A program made the translations under genes and the position numbers. A stretch of 54,377 bases of DNA from Octopus bimaculoides (taxonomy: Eukaryota), in assembly GCF_001194135.2 (NCBI RefSeq), contig NC_069004.1, positions 298,344 to 352,720 on the forward strand, read 5' to 3'. Position 1 is the stretch's first letter. Every line of letters begins with the position of its first letter. Below are positions 36,232 through 48,676 of the stretch, one piece after another. A model generated the notes under the pieces. The model had not been told where the DNA came from. It saw nothing but the letters and a program-made list of their open reading frames with translations, and searched no databases.

Positions 36232-37341
36232 CATCATCATCATCATTTAGCATCCATTGTCCAGGAAAGGCTGTACAGTTTGACCAGCACTGGTAAGCTG
36301 AGGAGCTGCACCAGACACTAGTCTGGTTTTGCATGGTTTCCATGGCTGGATGCCAACCACCCTGAGGGTGTAATGGGTGCTTTTATGTGTCACCAGCACG
36401 GGTGTCAGTTGTGTGACACCCAGTATCTACCGTGACTACAGTTTCACTTGGCTTGATGAGTCTTCTACTCAAGAATGGCATATTGCCAAAGGTCTTGGTC
36501 ATTTGTCATTGCATCCATGAGGCCCAACACTCAAAAGGTACTTTTTACATGCCACCAGCATGAGTACAAGTAATGCAAGACCAGCATTGGCTTCTGTGAG
36601 GCCCAATAATCAAAAGGTACTTTTTACATGCCAATTACATTACACTGGCATTAGCCATGATTACGATTTCACATGACTTGACAGGTCTTCTCAAGCACGG
36701 CATCTCACCAAAGGTCTCAGTTATTAGTCATTGCTGCGATGAGGCCCAATGTTTGAAGATCATGCTTCACCACCTTGTCCCATGTCTACCTCTTCTATAG
36801 ATTCCCTCCATAGTTAGAGAACAGCACTTCTTTACACAGCAATCCTCATCTATATGTATCATGTGACCATTCCTGCACAGTCGTCTCCCTTTCACACCAA
36901 ATCTGATGCCTCTTATGCTCAGCTTTTCTTTCATGATGCTTACACTCTGTCCAGGGCCATCACATGACTTTTAGAGGGGCCCCTAAAACTTTTTGTTTTG
37001 AGGCCCCCATCTCTTCAATCAAAATTCATAATCTATGCACCTTTATTATCTGCAAAAATCAAACATAGTCCTTTACAGCTTGTTGTATTTTAGAATCATC
37101 ACAACAGACTCTGCTGTGAAGATTCTAAAATACAACACAAAAAACTAACGCTGTATCTTTTTTCTACCTCTCTGTACATAGATGGATCACACACATACAT
37201 ACACACACACCTTTTTTTGGTACAAAAAGAATTTTGTCTCCAGTTTTTATTGCCTTAGGAGGTCAAAGGCCACTGTTCTGAGTACAAAGTGACCAGCTTT
37301 TCAACATCAAATAACAACTGCCAAATATATATATAAATACT

Positions 37342-37374
<33 letters not shown>

Positions 37375-37935
37375 ATGAATAGAGACAGAGGGAGAGACTG
37401 AGAGACTGAGACGTGTGTATGTGTTTGGTACATGTCTCTCTCTTTCTCTCTGAGCTGGCCAAAGCCTTGTGAATGGACTTGGTAGACCGAAACAGATAAA
37501 AGCTAGAAGTGTATATGTGTGTGTATGTATGAATGTGTGTACATATGCCTGTGTGTGTAAGTTTGTATGTATGTATAAGTATACATCCCCACCTTTCATC
37601 ACCATTGCTTCTTTTTCTTGTCTTTTCTGTTGAAGTTGTTTATATTTTCATTGTTTTGGACTTCTTTCGATTTTCTAAGCTTTTTCATTTACTTTTTTCA
37701 TTTACTTTTTTCATTTACTTTTTTCATTTCTCGTATTTTTTTAACTCTTCTGACTTGAAATTTTCAGTTAACATCTTAATCCAAAGTAAATAGATGGCTC
37801 ATCTATGTAGTTTAATCTTAACATGAGGGCCCCTCAACTGTGGAGGTTCCCTGTGACCGCAGGGATTGCAGGGGCTTAGCGATGGCCCGGACTCTGTCGT
37901 ACAGGCACACTGACATTGTGCGTCCAGCGAAGCAT
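36230..37935 (-). mobile_element. 5'-truncated RTE LINE (ORF end + family B 3' UTR + GAT tail), split by a hAT-type insertion
   Basis: NMLRWTHNVSVPVRQS|VSIMKEKLSIRGIR...TWDKVVKHDLQTLGL reads through once 36952-37890 and one TSD are removed. Confidence 0.85.
36952..37890. mobile_element. Non-autonomous hAT-type DNA transposon with 8-bp TSD
   Basis: TSD actctgtc at 36944-36951 and 37891-37898. TIRs cagggccatcac / gcgatggcccgg (10 of 12 match). An 8-bp TSD with CAG-starting TIRs is typical of hAT. Confidence 0.88.
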
Positions 37936-38654
37936 GTTAGATTAATTTCCTACAAGCCTACAGACAGACAGACACACACAAAATATGAGAGAAAGGAAAT
38001 GCAATTCACAAAATTCTCTATTATTCACTATGATCAGTTTGATCCCTTGTGCACCAATGTCTTGTGGTTGAGATGCTGTCTCATCATGAAACTTGTCAAA
38101 AGGTACCTCATTTTTTAATCTCCATTTCGCTTATTTCTATTAGAATACATTTTGGTAGTTGTAGTGTGGCACTCATCTACATAAGGAACTAGTTTATAAA
38201 CTAGAATTCTTCTAATACAAGTAATAAGGTGACTTACAATGAATCAAAAAATAAATAAAAATATAAAAAATATGTAAATGAATCAAATATGTTATACCCA
38301 TTAAATGAAATCATAAAACCATGCAATTGGGATAGAACAAAAAGAACTGGACACTCAAATTGACCAAAGCTGACCTTTACATTTTCATGACACAAATAAT
38401 TCAGCAAATCCATTGTGTTAGTGTTACCACTGTCTATCTCCCTTCAAATGTTCTCCATTCTAAATAGTCTGGTATAGTTTTGACAAGGAGAGGATGGTGT
38501 TCAATTTCTCAATCTCTGTTGAATCTTAGTTGATCAATTATGGAGTTGATTAATATGCCTGATTAATATGTCACAGAACTATGTAATTTACCCATCTATC
38601 TGAGACATGCACATGTTGATTAAAAACGTATAATTCTCTCTTCTTTTGGGATTA

Positions 38655-39105
38655 TACATCATCATTATTCAATGTCTGTTGTCCAAGCTGGTTTGGGTTG
38701 GACAGTTTGACCAGAGCTGGCAAGCTTGGGAGCTGCACCAGACCAATTTGGCATAGTTTCTATGGTTGGATGCCTTCCTAATGCCAACCACTTTAGAGAG
38801 TGTGTTGGGTGCTTTTACATGGTACCACATGGGTGCATTTATGTGGCACCACCACAAGTGATTTTCACTACTAGAGGGACTGGTCTTAATACTTCTGCTG
38901 CAGAGTATGGATCTTCTTGAGTACAGCATGGTGCCAAGCATCTTGGTTCTTCGTCACCTTGCCTGAAAGGTTCAGTGTTATGAGGTCATTCTTCAGTATT
39001 TTATCCCATGTCTTCCTGGGTTTCCCACGTCCATATGTTCCATCTATTTTGAGAGATTGGCACTTCTTTATGGAGCTGTCAACCTCTATCCACATCGCAT
39101 GACCA
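38655..39105 (-). mobile_element. 5'-truncated RTE LINE (ORF end continuous with family B 3' UTR)
   Basis: DSSIKKCQSLKIDGTYGRGKPRKTWDKILKNDL...DAWHHAVLKK, then family B and a gatgatg tail on the same strand. Confidence 0.85.
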
Positions 39106-40040
39106 AATCAGTGCAGTCATCTCTCTTTCAGCTTTTGTCTACTAAACCCACTCACAAAACCTTGATCAGCCTTAGGCTACAGTAGAAAACACTTGCCTAA
39201 GGTACTGAACAGTGAGACTGAATGTGTTTGGGAAGCAAACTATTTACCACACTGTTATGCCTGCATCTACCAATGAGTGGTTTATTCACTGTTCCCAATA
39301 TATCATAGCACAAATTTCATTTAAACAGGTGACAACTGAGTACAAAGTGTTAATGAGCCTTGGCAAAGGCAGAATGCATCTTTCATTCTGGTGAATCAAT
39401 GCAGCTATGATGTTTGTCTGACCAACATGGCAGCGGCGGGTGATTTGTTCATAGGGATCAAATGTTTGTGCTGCATATGAGCTTACTCTCTTTATCAAAT
39501 GGACATTACCTGTACAGGTACACAGTGTGCCACACTTCAGATGTCAAAGTGAACAACAGGAAATGAAATGTTTTGCTCAAGAACACAATGCATCACCCAG
39601 TGCAAGAATTGAACTCATGGTTTTGTGATTGCGAATGCAACATACAAGCCATGTGGTCTAATGGTTAGTGCTACCATAAAACAGTGCTAAAACCCAGGTG
39701 TCCTCAAAAACAGGTCATCATGCATAGAAAACAACAAATCTTCATATTGGTTTCCAAGACCATTATTTGTTAAAGAGACTTAAATAGCTAAAGACGGCAA
39801 ACTGTCTTACAGATCAAGAGCACCACAAAGCCTGAGAAAACATTTGCACTATGATCCCTTTTCCAATTAAGTTGAGTTTTGATACATCAAAAAGAAAACA
39901 ACTCCTCCTCACTTAACTGAATCTCATTCCTCTCTAAGTGTTTACAAAAGCTTTATTTACTGCTGACAGACAATTTTTACAAACAAGTACACAGCATATA
40001 CAAAAATATATGAACAATAATGAAATATTACATCCTCACT

Positions 40041-40108
40041 TTTATTAATTTTATTTTCATTTTTGCAAAAAATAAAAAAAAAAAAGACTGTCTTTTCAAT
40101 CATTTATT
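40041..40108 (-). promoter_or_regulatory. Candidate polyadenylation signals of CFAP96
   Basis: AATAAA on the - strand at 40108-40103 and 40046-40041, 85-150 nt after the stop. Weak evidence in AT-rich DNA. Confidence 0.35.
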
Positions 40109-40191
40109 AAAAGAATTTACAATGCATTCTTTGAAAATAAGCTTTTCTTTTCGAAAGATTATTTGTGCCAAACTTTGTCGTGTTTCTTTCC

Positions 40192-40243
40192 TCAGTAAGA
40201 CATCACTGATTCAATAGTTTTATAGTTCTGACTATTCATTGCT
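40192..40243 (-). CDS. CFAP96: CFAP96 last coding exon: (K)AMNSQNYKTIESVMSY*
   Basis: Acceptor ttgttttcttgcag, phase 2, TGA at 40194-40192. Matches the family C-terminus ALNSKNYKT...SY as I recall it. Confidence 0.88.
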
Positions 40244-41385
40244 CTGCAAGAAAACAATATGTATCACAGGATTAATAAAGTTTACATTTTGCTAACATAT
40301 TAATTTTTTGTTTATGATTAACATAATTTTATTTCTGTAATTTTTGTTGTTGAAAATCTTAACATTAACCCATTAACTTTCAGATTACTCTGTCAAATGT
40401 AATGCTTATATATGTATATTGTTGTGAATTAATCACATATCTCATAGCTGTGAAATTTCAATGATGTAATTGTTCAAGTCTAGAATAACATTGTTAGGTA
40501 GGTGTGAGAGGTCAGATCTGGCCAGTTTGGACATAAAACAGATATAGCTGGTTAAGGCATGATGGCCACAACACACTGACTGGAAGCAGTGAAAGAGTAC
40601 AGACTAAATGATCATGAAGTCAAATACACACATGTGTATGCATTTATATATGCATACACAAATTGGAGTCACAACCAAACAGAAGATACCTGCCCAAAGT
40701 GTCATGCCGTGGGATCAAATCTGAAAGCATGTTGTTGCAAAATGAACTTCATAATTGTACAGCCATGCCTACAAGACATGATCACATCATTAAGAAACTC
40801 ACTTCCCAATCACATGATTTCAGGTTCAGTTCACCAGCATGGTACCTTGACCAAGTGTTTTCTACTATAACCTAGGCTAACTAAAGCTTAGTGACTGAAT
40901 TTGGTAGATAGAAACTGAAATAAGCCTGTTGTGAGTGTGTGTGCATGCATACGTGCATGCGCACATGTGTGTGTGTGTGTGTTTCCTTGTCGTTATACTG
41001 CATGGTAGTTGTAAACGAGTGTCATTCATTTCTAGTCTTCCATGAAAACATGTCTGGCCATGGAGAAATATTAATTTCTTAGAAAACAAACAGGGGTTAA
41101 TGAAAGGAAGGGTGTCCAGCTGTAGAAAATTTGCCTCAACAAATGCCATTTGGTTCATGCAAGCATGGAAAGATTGCATGTTAAAACAATGATGTGGGAG
41201 AGGTGACAGTGATGATGATGATGGTGTTAGAGATGTGGACTCTGCAGTTTGGAGTGCAGGCTGTAATTTCAAGAAAGAAACCAATACAAAGTAGAGACAA
41301 CTCTTTAGCCCTGCTCTAGACAATTTCTATGATGCAGGTGACACAATATAATGCCCACACTGGTGGTGCTGGCTGATCATTAAAT

Positions 41386-41652
41386 GCACCATCTGAACAT
41401 GGCGGATTCCACTGCCCCACGAACTGGCTCCCATGTTGCTGGCTCATCAAAAGCACCATCCGAACATGGCAGATTCCACTGCCCCACGAACTGGCTCCCA
41501 AGCTGCTGGCTCATGAAAAGCACCATCCGAACATGGCGGATTCCATTGCCCAACCAACTGGCTCTCCTGCTGGTGGCTCATGAAAAGCAACATCTGAACA
41601 TGGCAGATTCCACTGCCCCCTGAGCAGCTCCCATGCCTGTGGAATATAAAAA
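41386..41652 (+). repeat. 67-bp minisatellite, four units, inside a family B element (41340-41830)
   Basis: gcaccatc(c/t)gaacatggc(a/g)gattcc... starts at 41386, 41453, 41520 and 41587, then the normal family B body gcacccactacactc follows at 41653. Confidence 0.92.
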
Positions 41653-42819
41653 GCACCCACTACACTCTTGGAGTGTTTGGCATTAGGAAGGGTGTCCAGC
41701 TGTAGAAACCTTGCCATATGAGTGTAGTGCTTGGTGCAGCCTACTAGCTTGCTAGTCCTTAGTCAAACCATCCAACCTATGCCAGCATGGAAAATGGACG
41801 TTAAACGATGATGATGATGATGATGATGAAAGGATGAAAGTCAAAGTCTACGTTGGTGGCATTTGAACTCAGAATATATGAATGGACAAATGCCACTAAG
41901 CATTCTGTCTGGTATGTTAATGATTTTGCTAGCTCACTGGTTTACTAAGAACTAAGACTTCTAAGTTACTTTTTAGCCTTGCTGTAGACTGCACACTCTC
42001 TCTAGTTACCTTCAGTGATATGATAATATACACTAAATCAATGCAGTCAAGTGAAAGATATCTTTGAAGACTAATCCAAACTATACAATCATGGGCAAGA
42101 AAAAAATATGGTGGTGGTGGTCATTGTCGTCCTTGACAATGTTAAACAACCAATCGCAACCACTTGGGTTTTATAGTGCAGGTTGTACTACTCACTCTTT
42201 CAGTCTCTGAATACCAAATGTTGCTCGTGAGACCTCTGTATTTGGGTGATATTCCTGAGTCACCCTCTCCCCTTTGAGCACCAGTCCATTGTAAAGTGGA
42301 CTGGGTAAACCCACAATCATTGTGGGTTTACAAATAAACACCCGTGTCAAAACAAAGTGTATCTTATAGTATTTATTCTATGAGTGTCACATCTCTACAT
42401 GCAGTAAAAGGACCTAATCATTCAATAAATACAGCTCAATAAACATAATACCCAACAAAGAACAAGGATAGATATAATCGACTTCAAACAATTCCTTGAA
42501 GGTGTTTGCCCAAGCATGGCTACAGTCCAAAGACAATACTAGCAAAAGTAGTCCTCCTCTACTTCATCATCAACATCATTTAACATCTGTCTTCCACCCT
42601 GGCATGGGTTGGATGGTTTGACAGGAGCTGGCAAGCCAGAGGACTGCACCAAACTATACTGTCTCTTTTGGCATGATTTATATGGTTGGATGCTATTCTT
42701 AATACCAATCACTTTACAATGTGGACTGGTTGCTTTTTACATGGCACTAGTGAGATCTATTTTGGCATGGTTTGCATGGCTGGATAAAGATGTATAAAAG
42801 AATATTAGTTGTGACTTAC

Positions 42820-42998
42820 TTTAGTACATTTTGCTGTAAAATTGAAGTGGTTGGACGAGACTTTCCTTGCTTGAGAGGCACAAACACATTTCCTGATTTG
42901 TTGACAACATGTACAGGTCGACCTTCCTTCACTTTGACATATTCATTCACAGAATGTGTTGGGTAACGTTCAAATGTACCAGCCTTCATACCTCCATC
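42820..42998 (-). CDS. CFAP96: CFAP96 exon: DGGMKAGTFERYPTHSVNEYVKVKEGRPVHVVNKSGNVFVPLKQGKSRPTTSILQQNVL(K)
   Basis: Acceptor ctaatgcttccag, donor gtaagt, 179 bp (phase 0 to 2). Contains the GGMKAGTFxxYPxHS and KSRP motifs. Confidence 0.92.
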
Positions 42999-43134
42999 CT
43001 GGAAGCATTAGAACATCAAATATCAATACATCAAAATTTATTTCCTATAAAGAAACAGACTGTAAATGCACAACTGACCTCTAAGCAAGGTTCACACACA
43101 CACACACACATGCATGCATGAAAACATCTTTTAT

Positions 43135-43655
43135 CGCTTACTTGTCTCAGCCTTGTAGGGTTTAGGTGAACAAATTGATCTTAACACTCATTTTAAAGTT
43201 GGGTATTTATTCTCTTTTGCCAAACTGCTAAATTATGGGGATGTAAACACATTAACACCAGTTGTTAAGTGGTGATGGGACACACACACACACACACAAC
43301 AGTACTAGGATGAAACCCTACTGAGGACAAAATCCCCCAGCAGTTAATATCCTCTGGGATATTGTTCTTTCTTTACAATAAAAATATTTTAGAAAAGTGA
43401 AATTTTATGAAAAATTTTAAATATTTATTAGTTGACATTTTTGTTAAAATTTGTCCAGTGAGATTTTGTCCTCGGGAGATTTTGTCCTGATACCAACACA
43501 TACATACAATGGGCTTCTTTCAGCTTTTGTCTACCAAATCCACTCACAAGACTTTGGTTGGCCCAAGGCTATAGTAGAAAACACTTGCCCAAGGTGCTAC
43601 ACAGTGGGACTGAACCCAGAACTATGAGGTTGGGAAGCAAACAGCTCACCATGCA
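43135..43655 (-). mobile_element. Family A SINE interrupted by a MITE
   Basis: Tail 43135-43280, CA run, insert 43302-43493, head 43510-43655. Confidence 0.8.
43302..43493. mobile_element. 192-bp MITE-like element with imperfect ~36-bp TIRs
   Basis: Left gtactaggatgaaaccctactgaggacaaaatccccc versus reverse complement of right gtatcaggacaaaatctcccgaggacaaaatctcac. Flanking caaca duplicated (43297-43301, 43494-43498). Confidence 0.7.
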
Positions 43656-44199
43656 ACTATACCTGTACTGTTAGTTTACATTCTCACTAGGAAATGGGAC
43701 AGTTGGATCATTGTTAATACTAAAACCTTTCCTGGAGAGGAATATACAGCCTAACCTAGATTAGAGGCCAGTGAATTCAGAGTTAAAGCTCGGTACATCT
43801 AGAAACAGAAGATGATATGAAGAAGGAAGGTACGGAAGCTAAAAGACTACACATTTGGGAATAATCTTAGGAATATGACAGTTAGGAAGAGGATTTAGAT
43901 ACAAGGAGAAAAGATGACAACTAGGAATTTCTCTGAAATAACTTGCTTAGGGCTACCAATCCAACATTTGGCTGAGACTTTGGCCCAGCTAAACCAAAGG
44001 TGATGTGTTGGTGGAATGTCACCATTAATTGAGTAATAAAGATCTAAGAGGTAGGTTTGAATAATCTGTAAAGAAGGTGATAGTAGGGAGTGTTATCAAA
44101 AAGCAAGAAGGTCAGCTGGGCAAGGATATACTTGGCTATAGGTGAGGCAGAAGGGAAGGGATTTGTCCTGCAATTCAGAGGTGTGTAAAGGGTTCAGGA

Positions 44200-44350
44200 T
44201 TTTGAGATGCCATTGGAGAGATATATATTCAAAATGACGAAACATACTCAACACCACTGTGAAAGACAAGAAAGTGGCATAGGAGTGCTATTATGAGAGG
44301 CTATTGAAAATGAAGAAAGCATGATATAAAGAAGGACTACCACATGCTGA
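44200..44350 (+). mobile_element. Degenerate RTE LINE linker fragment
   Basis: KKVA*ECYYERLL...EGLPHADPTEG resembles the RTE AWxxxYERLLN...LPxxDPxEGP segment. Confidence 0.5.
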
Positions 44351-44602
44351 CCCTACTGAAGGTCAGTTTACAGGACTCAATAATATTCTCTTCAGCCCAT
44401 CTAACTTATTTCCATGGGGGGAAAACTCTTGTATTCCTCCTGTGTTCTAAGGGGCCCTCAATCACATCTTAAGCAGCTGCACCAAGGCACTGAGTGAGAT
44501 ATATCATCACACAGAAACATGATTAAGTCCTGAAGACCATCCTTGAGGCAATCAACTAGGGGATTAGCAACAGCAAAAATATCAGCACTACAGCCAGAAG
44601 TA

Positions 44603-44745
44603 CAGGACTGGGTAATGGAAGTTGATCAGGAGAAACAGTTGAAATGTTCAGCACATATCACACAGACGTTGCAGAGACCAGATATCATGCTGGTTTTTTA
44701 AGTAATAAAGCAGCTAGTGCTATTGGAGTTAACTATGTGAAAAGC
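44603..44745 (+). mobile_element. Hero-like (R2 superfamily) restriction-like endonuclease fragment
   Basis: QDWVMEVDQEKQLKCSAHITQTLQRPDIMLVF*VIKQLVLLELTM* matches the DW.L.VDL..QL.FP.HI..T.LRPD...LLELTVPWE pattern. Confidence 0.68.
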
Positions 44746-45648
44746 AGGGGTTGATGGAGGAGTGTCACAAGAATGGGTGAAGAGCAAGTTGTTTGTCAGT
44801 GAAGGTTAGCAGTTGATGGTTAGTAGGTTGTACTCTTAGTAGGAACTATAGCAAACTCCAGGCATTTCAGGAGCTTACAGAAGAACTATCAAGAACAATG
44901 TAAAGTTGACGAGAAAGAATCTAGATGGTTCTTGCTGCAAAGAGGTGACTGGTGGGATCAGCAGAATGCCACTTCAATACAGATCTAGGTTTGTTCAGCC
45001 TAGATTGAGTTACCTGGAAGAGGGTATGAGCTGTAAGACTTAAAACAACCAGTAATTCCATGATACAACACTGACAAAATGTCTAAGTATTGTACCTATA
45101 GATGCATGTTGAACTGAAATACATACATTTATTATAATGGCATGCCATTGGTTATGACAATGAGTCTTCCAGTTGATCTGATCAACAAAACAGCTAGCTT
45201 GTGAAATTGATATGCAGGTGGACGAGCATTCCACAGACATGCGTACCCTTCGCGTAGTTCTGAGGGAAATTCAATCTGACAAGAATGTGACAAGACTGGA
45301 CCCTTTGAATTACAGGTACAACTAATTTTTGCCAGCTGAGTGAACTAAAGCAACATGAAATAAAGAGTCTTGCTCAAGGTCACAATGTGCCACCAGGAAT
45401 CAAACTCTTGACCACGCATCATAAGCTGAATACCCTAACAACTAAGCTATGTTTCTACATACATAAGTATATACACATATACGAGGGGAAGCAGAAAATG
45501 AAGTGTTTTACTCAAGACAGCAACATACCACCTGGTCTGGGAATCAAAACCATGATCTCATGATTGTGAGTGTAAAACCCTAGTTACAAGGCCACATGCC
45601 TTCACAGGTTGATAGATAGAACAGAAGAAAAACTCAGGTTTAGGTTAC

Positions 45649-45843
45649 CTTGTACCCCACGTTGCTTGGAATAAAAGGTTTAAGGGGTTTCAAAGGCTTC
45701 CGCTTCTCATCAATGCTTTTGGGTTTTGATAGGGTAATACCTGATGGTACTTTAAAAGGGTTAACTGTAAAATACTCCTCTGGATGCATGTTTAACCTGA
45801 AAGGTCCATTCTTCATTAATGTCTTGTGATGCTTATATTCTTT
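45649..45843 (-). CDS. CFAP96: CFAP96 exon: KEYKHHKTLMKNGPFRLNMHPEEYFTVNPFKVPSGITLSKPKSIDEKRKPLKPLKPFIPSNVGYK
   Basis: Acceptor ttctctttcag, donor gtaacc, 195 bp (phase 0 to 0). Contains the PFxLNxHPxxYFxxNP motif. Confidence 0.9.
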
Positions 45844-47969
45844 CTGAAAGAGAATTAAAAAAATAGATAAATAAAAAGAACAATATTGAGCATCAAACTA
45901 TAATTAACTAATTTGAATTTATTTTAGATTTCTAATAAATTCTGTTTTGCATAAATAGTAATTATCTAATCATACAGTCAACAAATGTATTTTTAGTGTA
46001 TATTTAGCCCAGCTATTACAGCTAAGTCTACCTAGTCAGTCATTGGTTAGCATTTGTCACATGTATATCATTGTTTTGTTTGCCAATGTGTAGCTTGTAG
46101 CAAACACATACTTCATTGATAGAGTTTGCTCAGTCTCATCACTGACTGGCACAAGATGTATACCAGGTATCTTTAATTGGTTATTTGTTTCACTGTGCTT
46201 CCCTACCATTACTCTTTCTCTCTCTCTCTCTCTCTCTCTAATTACATTAGCAATGTAATAAGGGAGGGTATCATGTTGGAATTATGTGTATTAGATCCTT
46301 GCTTAACACCGACATTTTTGTATTGCTGACTATCACTCTTTTTTCCCCATTAAGCCATTCAATAGTGACATCCTCTTGCCATCACCCATCTTCAATGCTA
46401 TCCATCACTCTGTCATACTACTTCCTTCTCTATTATTCATTGTTGACAATCATCACTATCTCTCTCCCATAACACTCTTTACCATGCACCTTCTCACCAT
46501 CACTTTCTCTCATTTCCAGCACTGTGTCTTCTATCACCCAATCTCCCTATTATCACTCTCTTTACCCCTCATTACATAACTCATGCTATTTCCATTGAAT
46601 ATCCTTACCAGCAACTATTATGCAGCAGTCTATCACTGTCTCTCTTCCTTTATTCTCTCTCATGTCACCCTCTCACTCCTGTGTACCTCTGTGCAGTGGC
46701 AAACTGGCCAGGTTGCCAGCTTGCCCGATGGCATGTGGGCCCCTGCACCATTAGAATCCATATATATGGGAGCCCATGTTAGTATCTAAGGAGCCCATCC
46801 TTTCAAATTTGAGAATTTTTTATTCACTCCTGGAAGAATGCGTCAATTATGTCAGCTTGGCTGTGTTTATAAACAGTTGAAAAGAATACTTTTAACAAAA
46901 AAAAAAAGAAATTAACTGATAGCACTGTAGTTGTGGGTGAGCCCCCTTGTAGTCGCAGGTAGGATCCCCACACCCACACCCTATTTTTCTAACCAGGTCC
47001 AACACGCATATTCTTGTTACTTGTGAGTCTATCCTAGCACTACACCATCTCTCTTCTACTCTCTCTTACACTTTTGACACTACTCTCTCTCTCTCCTTTT
47101 CTTGTTTTTCTTCTGACTAGGTAACCAAGTATCACCTTTACATTAGCACACTTGTCTCTGGTCTCTTTCTTGTACCTTTCTCTTGCTCTCTATCTCTTCT
47201 CTCTCTCTCTCTCTCTCTCACTGGGTAACCATGTACCTCCTCTATAGCAAGACACCTATTTCTGTCTTTCTATTTGTCTGTTACACTTTTCATCATTTGA
47301 TACTGGTTCACCTACACTAATGCCCCCTTAGTTGTGGCAAGACACCTGCTTCTGTCTCTCTGTCACACTCTAACCTTTCATCTTCTGACACAAGTTTCCC
47401 TCCTCAAACGCCCCCTTCCCCTCTCATAATTTCTTGTCTTGTGATGAGTTACTTGGTTACCCTGTCAGTGCTGGTGTCACATTAAAAGCAGCCAGCCCAC
47501 ATTGTAAAGTGGTTGGCATTTGGAAGGGCATCCAGCTGCAATAATCATGCTAAAACTAACTTTGCCTGTGCTAGTGTTACATAAAATGCACTAACTGCAC
47601 TCTGTGGAGTGGTTGGTGTTAGAAAGGGTATCCAACCATAAAATCCCTGCCAAAATAGCCACAGTAGCCAAGGGTCGTTTTTCTACCTTGCCAGCTCCTG
47701 TTATCCATCCTACCCATGGAAGATAGATGTTAAACAATGATGATGATGATGTATATGTAGGTCATTTTTCAGTTTTATTTCAAGATTTCTTGCCAACAGA
47801 GCAGGAGTCGGTTTCTAACCTAGATCCAAGGCTCCTTCATTGGAATTTCAACATCAACAACAGAGTATTTTTGTATGCATGTATGTATACATGCAGATTT
47901 GTATGTTTTGTTTTATGTATATCTTCTCATGCATATATTTGCATATCTAGACGTGCATATATGCATACT

Positions 47970-48225
47970 TAAGTGATAAACTTCAAGAAAGTTTTACAGA
48001 TTTTAACAGTTCGAATGAGGGATTGGATCTGTAGTCTTCGAATCAACTTTCTCCTTTCTGGTTTTGGGAAGCCTAATTTCTCAAAAGTGGTATTTAAGCA
48101 GTGTGTTACATATCTTAGTGCCCCAATAATTACAGGTATAAACCTGAACTCGTAATCTGGATAGAATAACTGCAGATTTCTCAATAATTCAGCATAGGTA
48201 TTCTCTTTTTCACTGATCTTCAGAT
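47970..48225 (-). mobile_element. R4/Dong-type non-LTR element, C-terminal fragment
   Basis: KISEKENTYAELLRNLQLFYPDYEFRFIPVIIGALRYV...LIRTVKICKTF is the end of an RLE domain (K..KY..L, P++IGALG). Confidence 0.75.
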
Positions 48226-48600
48226 GTATGTATGTGTATGTATGCATGCATGTATTATGTATGTATGTATGCATGCATTCATTCATACATGCATGTATGT
48301 ATGTACGTAGGATAGGCTTCTTTCAGTTTCCACCTACCAAATTCACTCATAGGGTTTTGGTCAGCTCAGAACAATGGTAGAAGACACTTCCCTAGGGTCC
48401 CACACAAGAGATGGATGAGGAAGGGGGCTTTCTGTGTAAAAAAAACAAACAAACAGAAGATGAGAGTCTGGACTCTAAAAATCAATCTTGCTTGTTATTC
48501 TTTTTTTTTGATTTGAAAAGTTTTGAGAGTAAACCTGCTCTAAATAGGAATGTTCAACTGTTTATTTGTGTAGTATAACCAGATCACTTCCAATACTAAC

Positions 48601-48676
48601 CATATAGTCATCTTTACATTCTGAGATAGGATCAGACAAATACTTTGGATAAGGATTGAGTGTAACCTCAGCATAG
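48601..48676 (-). CDS. CFAP96: CFAP96 exon: YAEVTLNPYPKYLSDPISECKDDYM
   Basis: Acceptor ttttctcttttttag, donor gttagt, 76 bp (phase 2 to 0). Exactly bridges the phases of the flanking exons and continues GYG-YAxxT. Confidence 0.82.
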
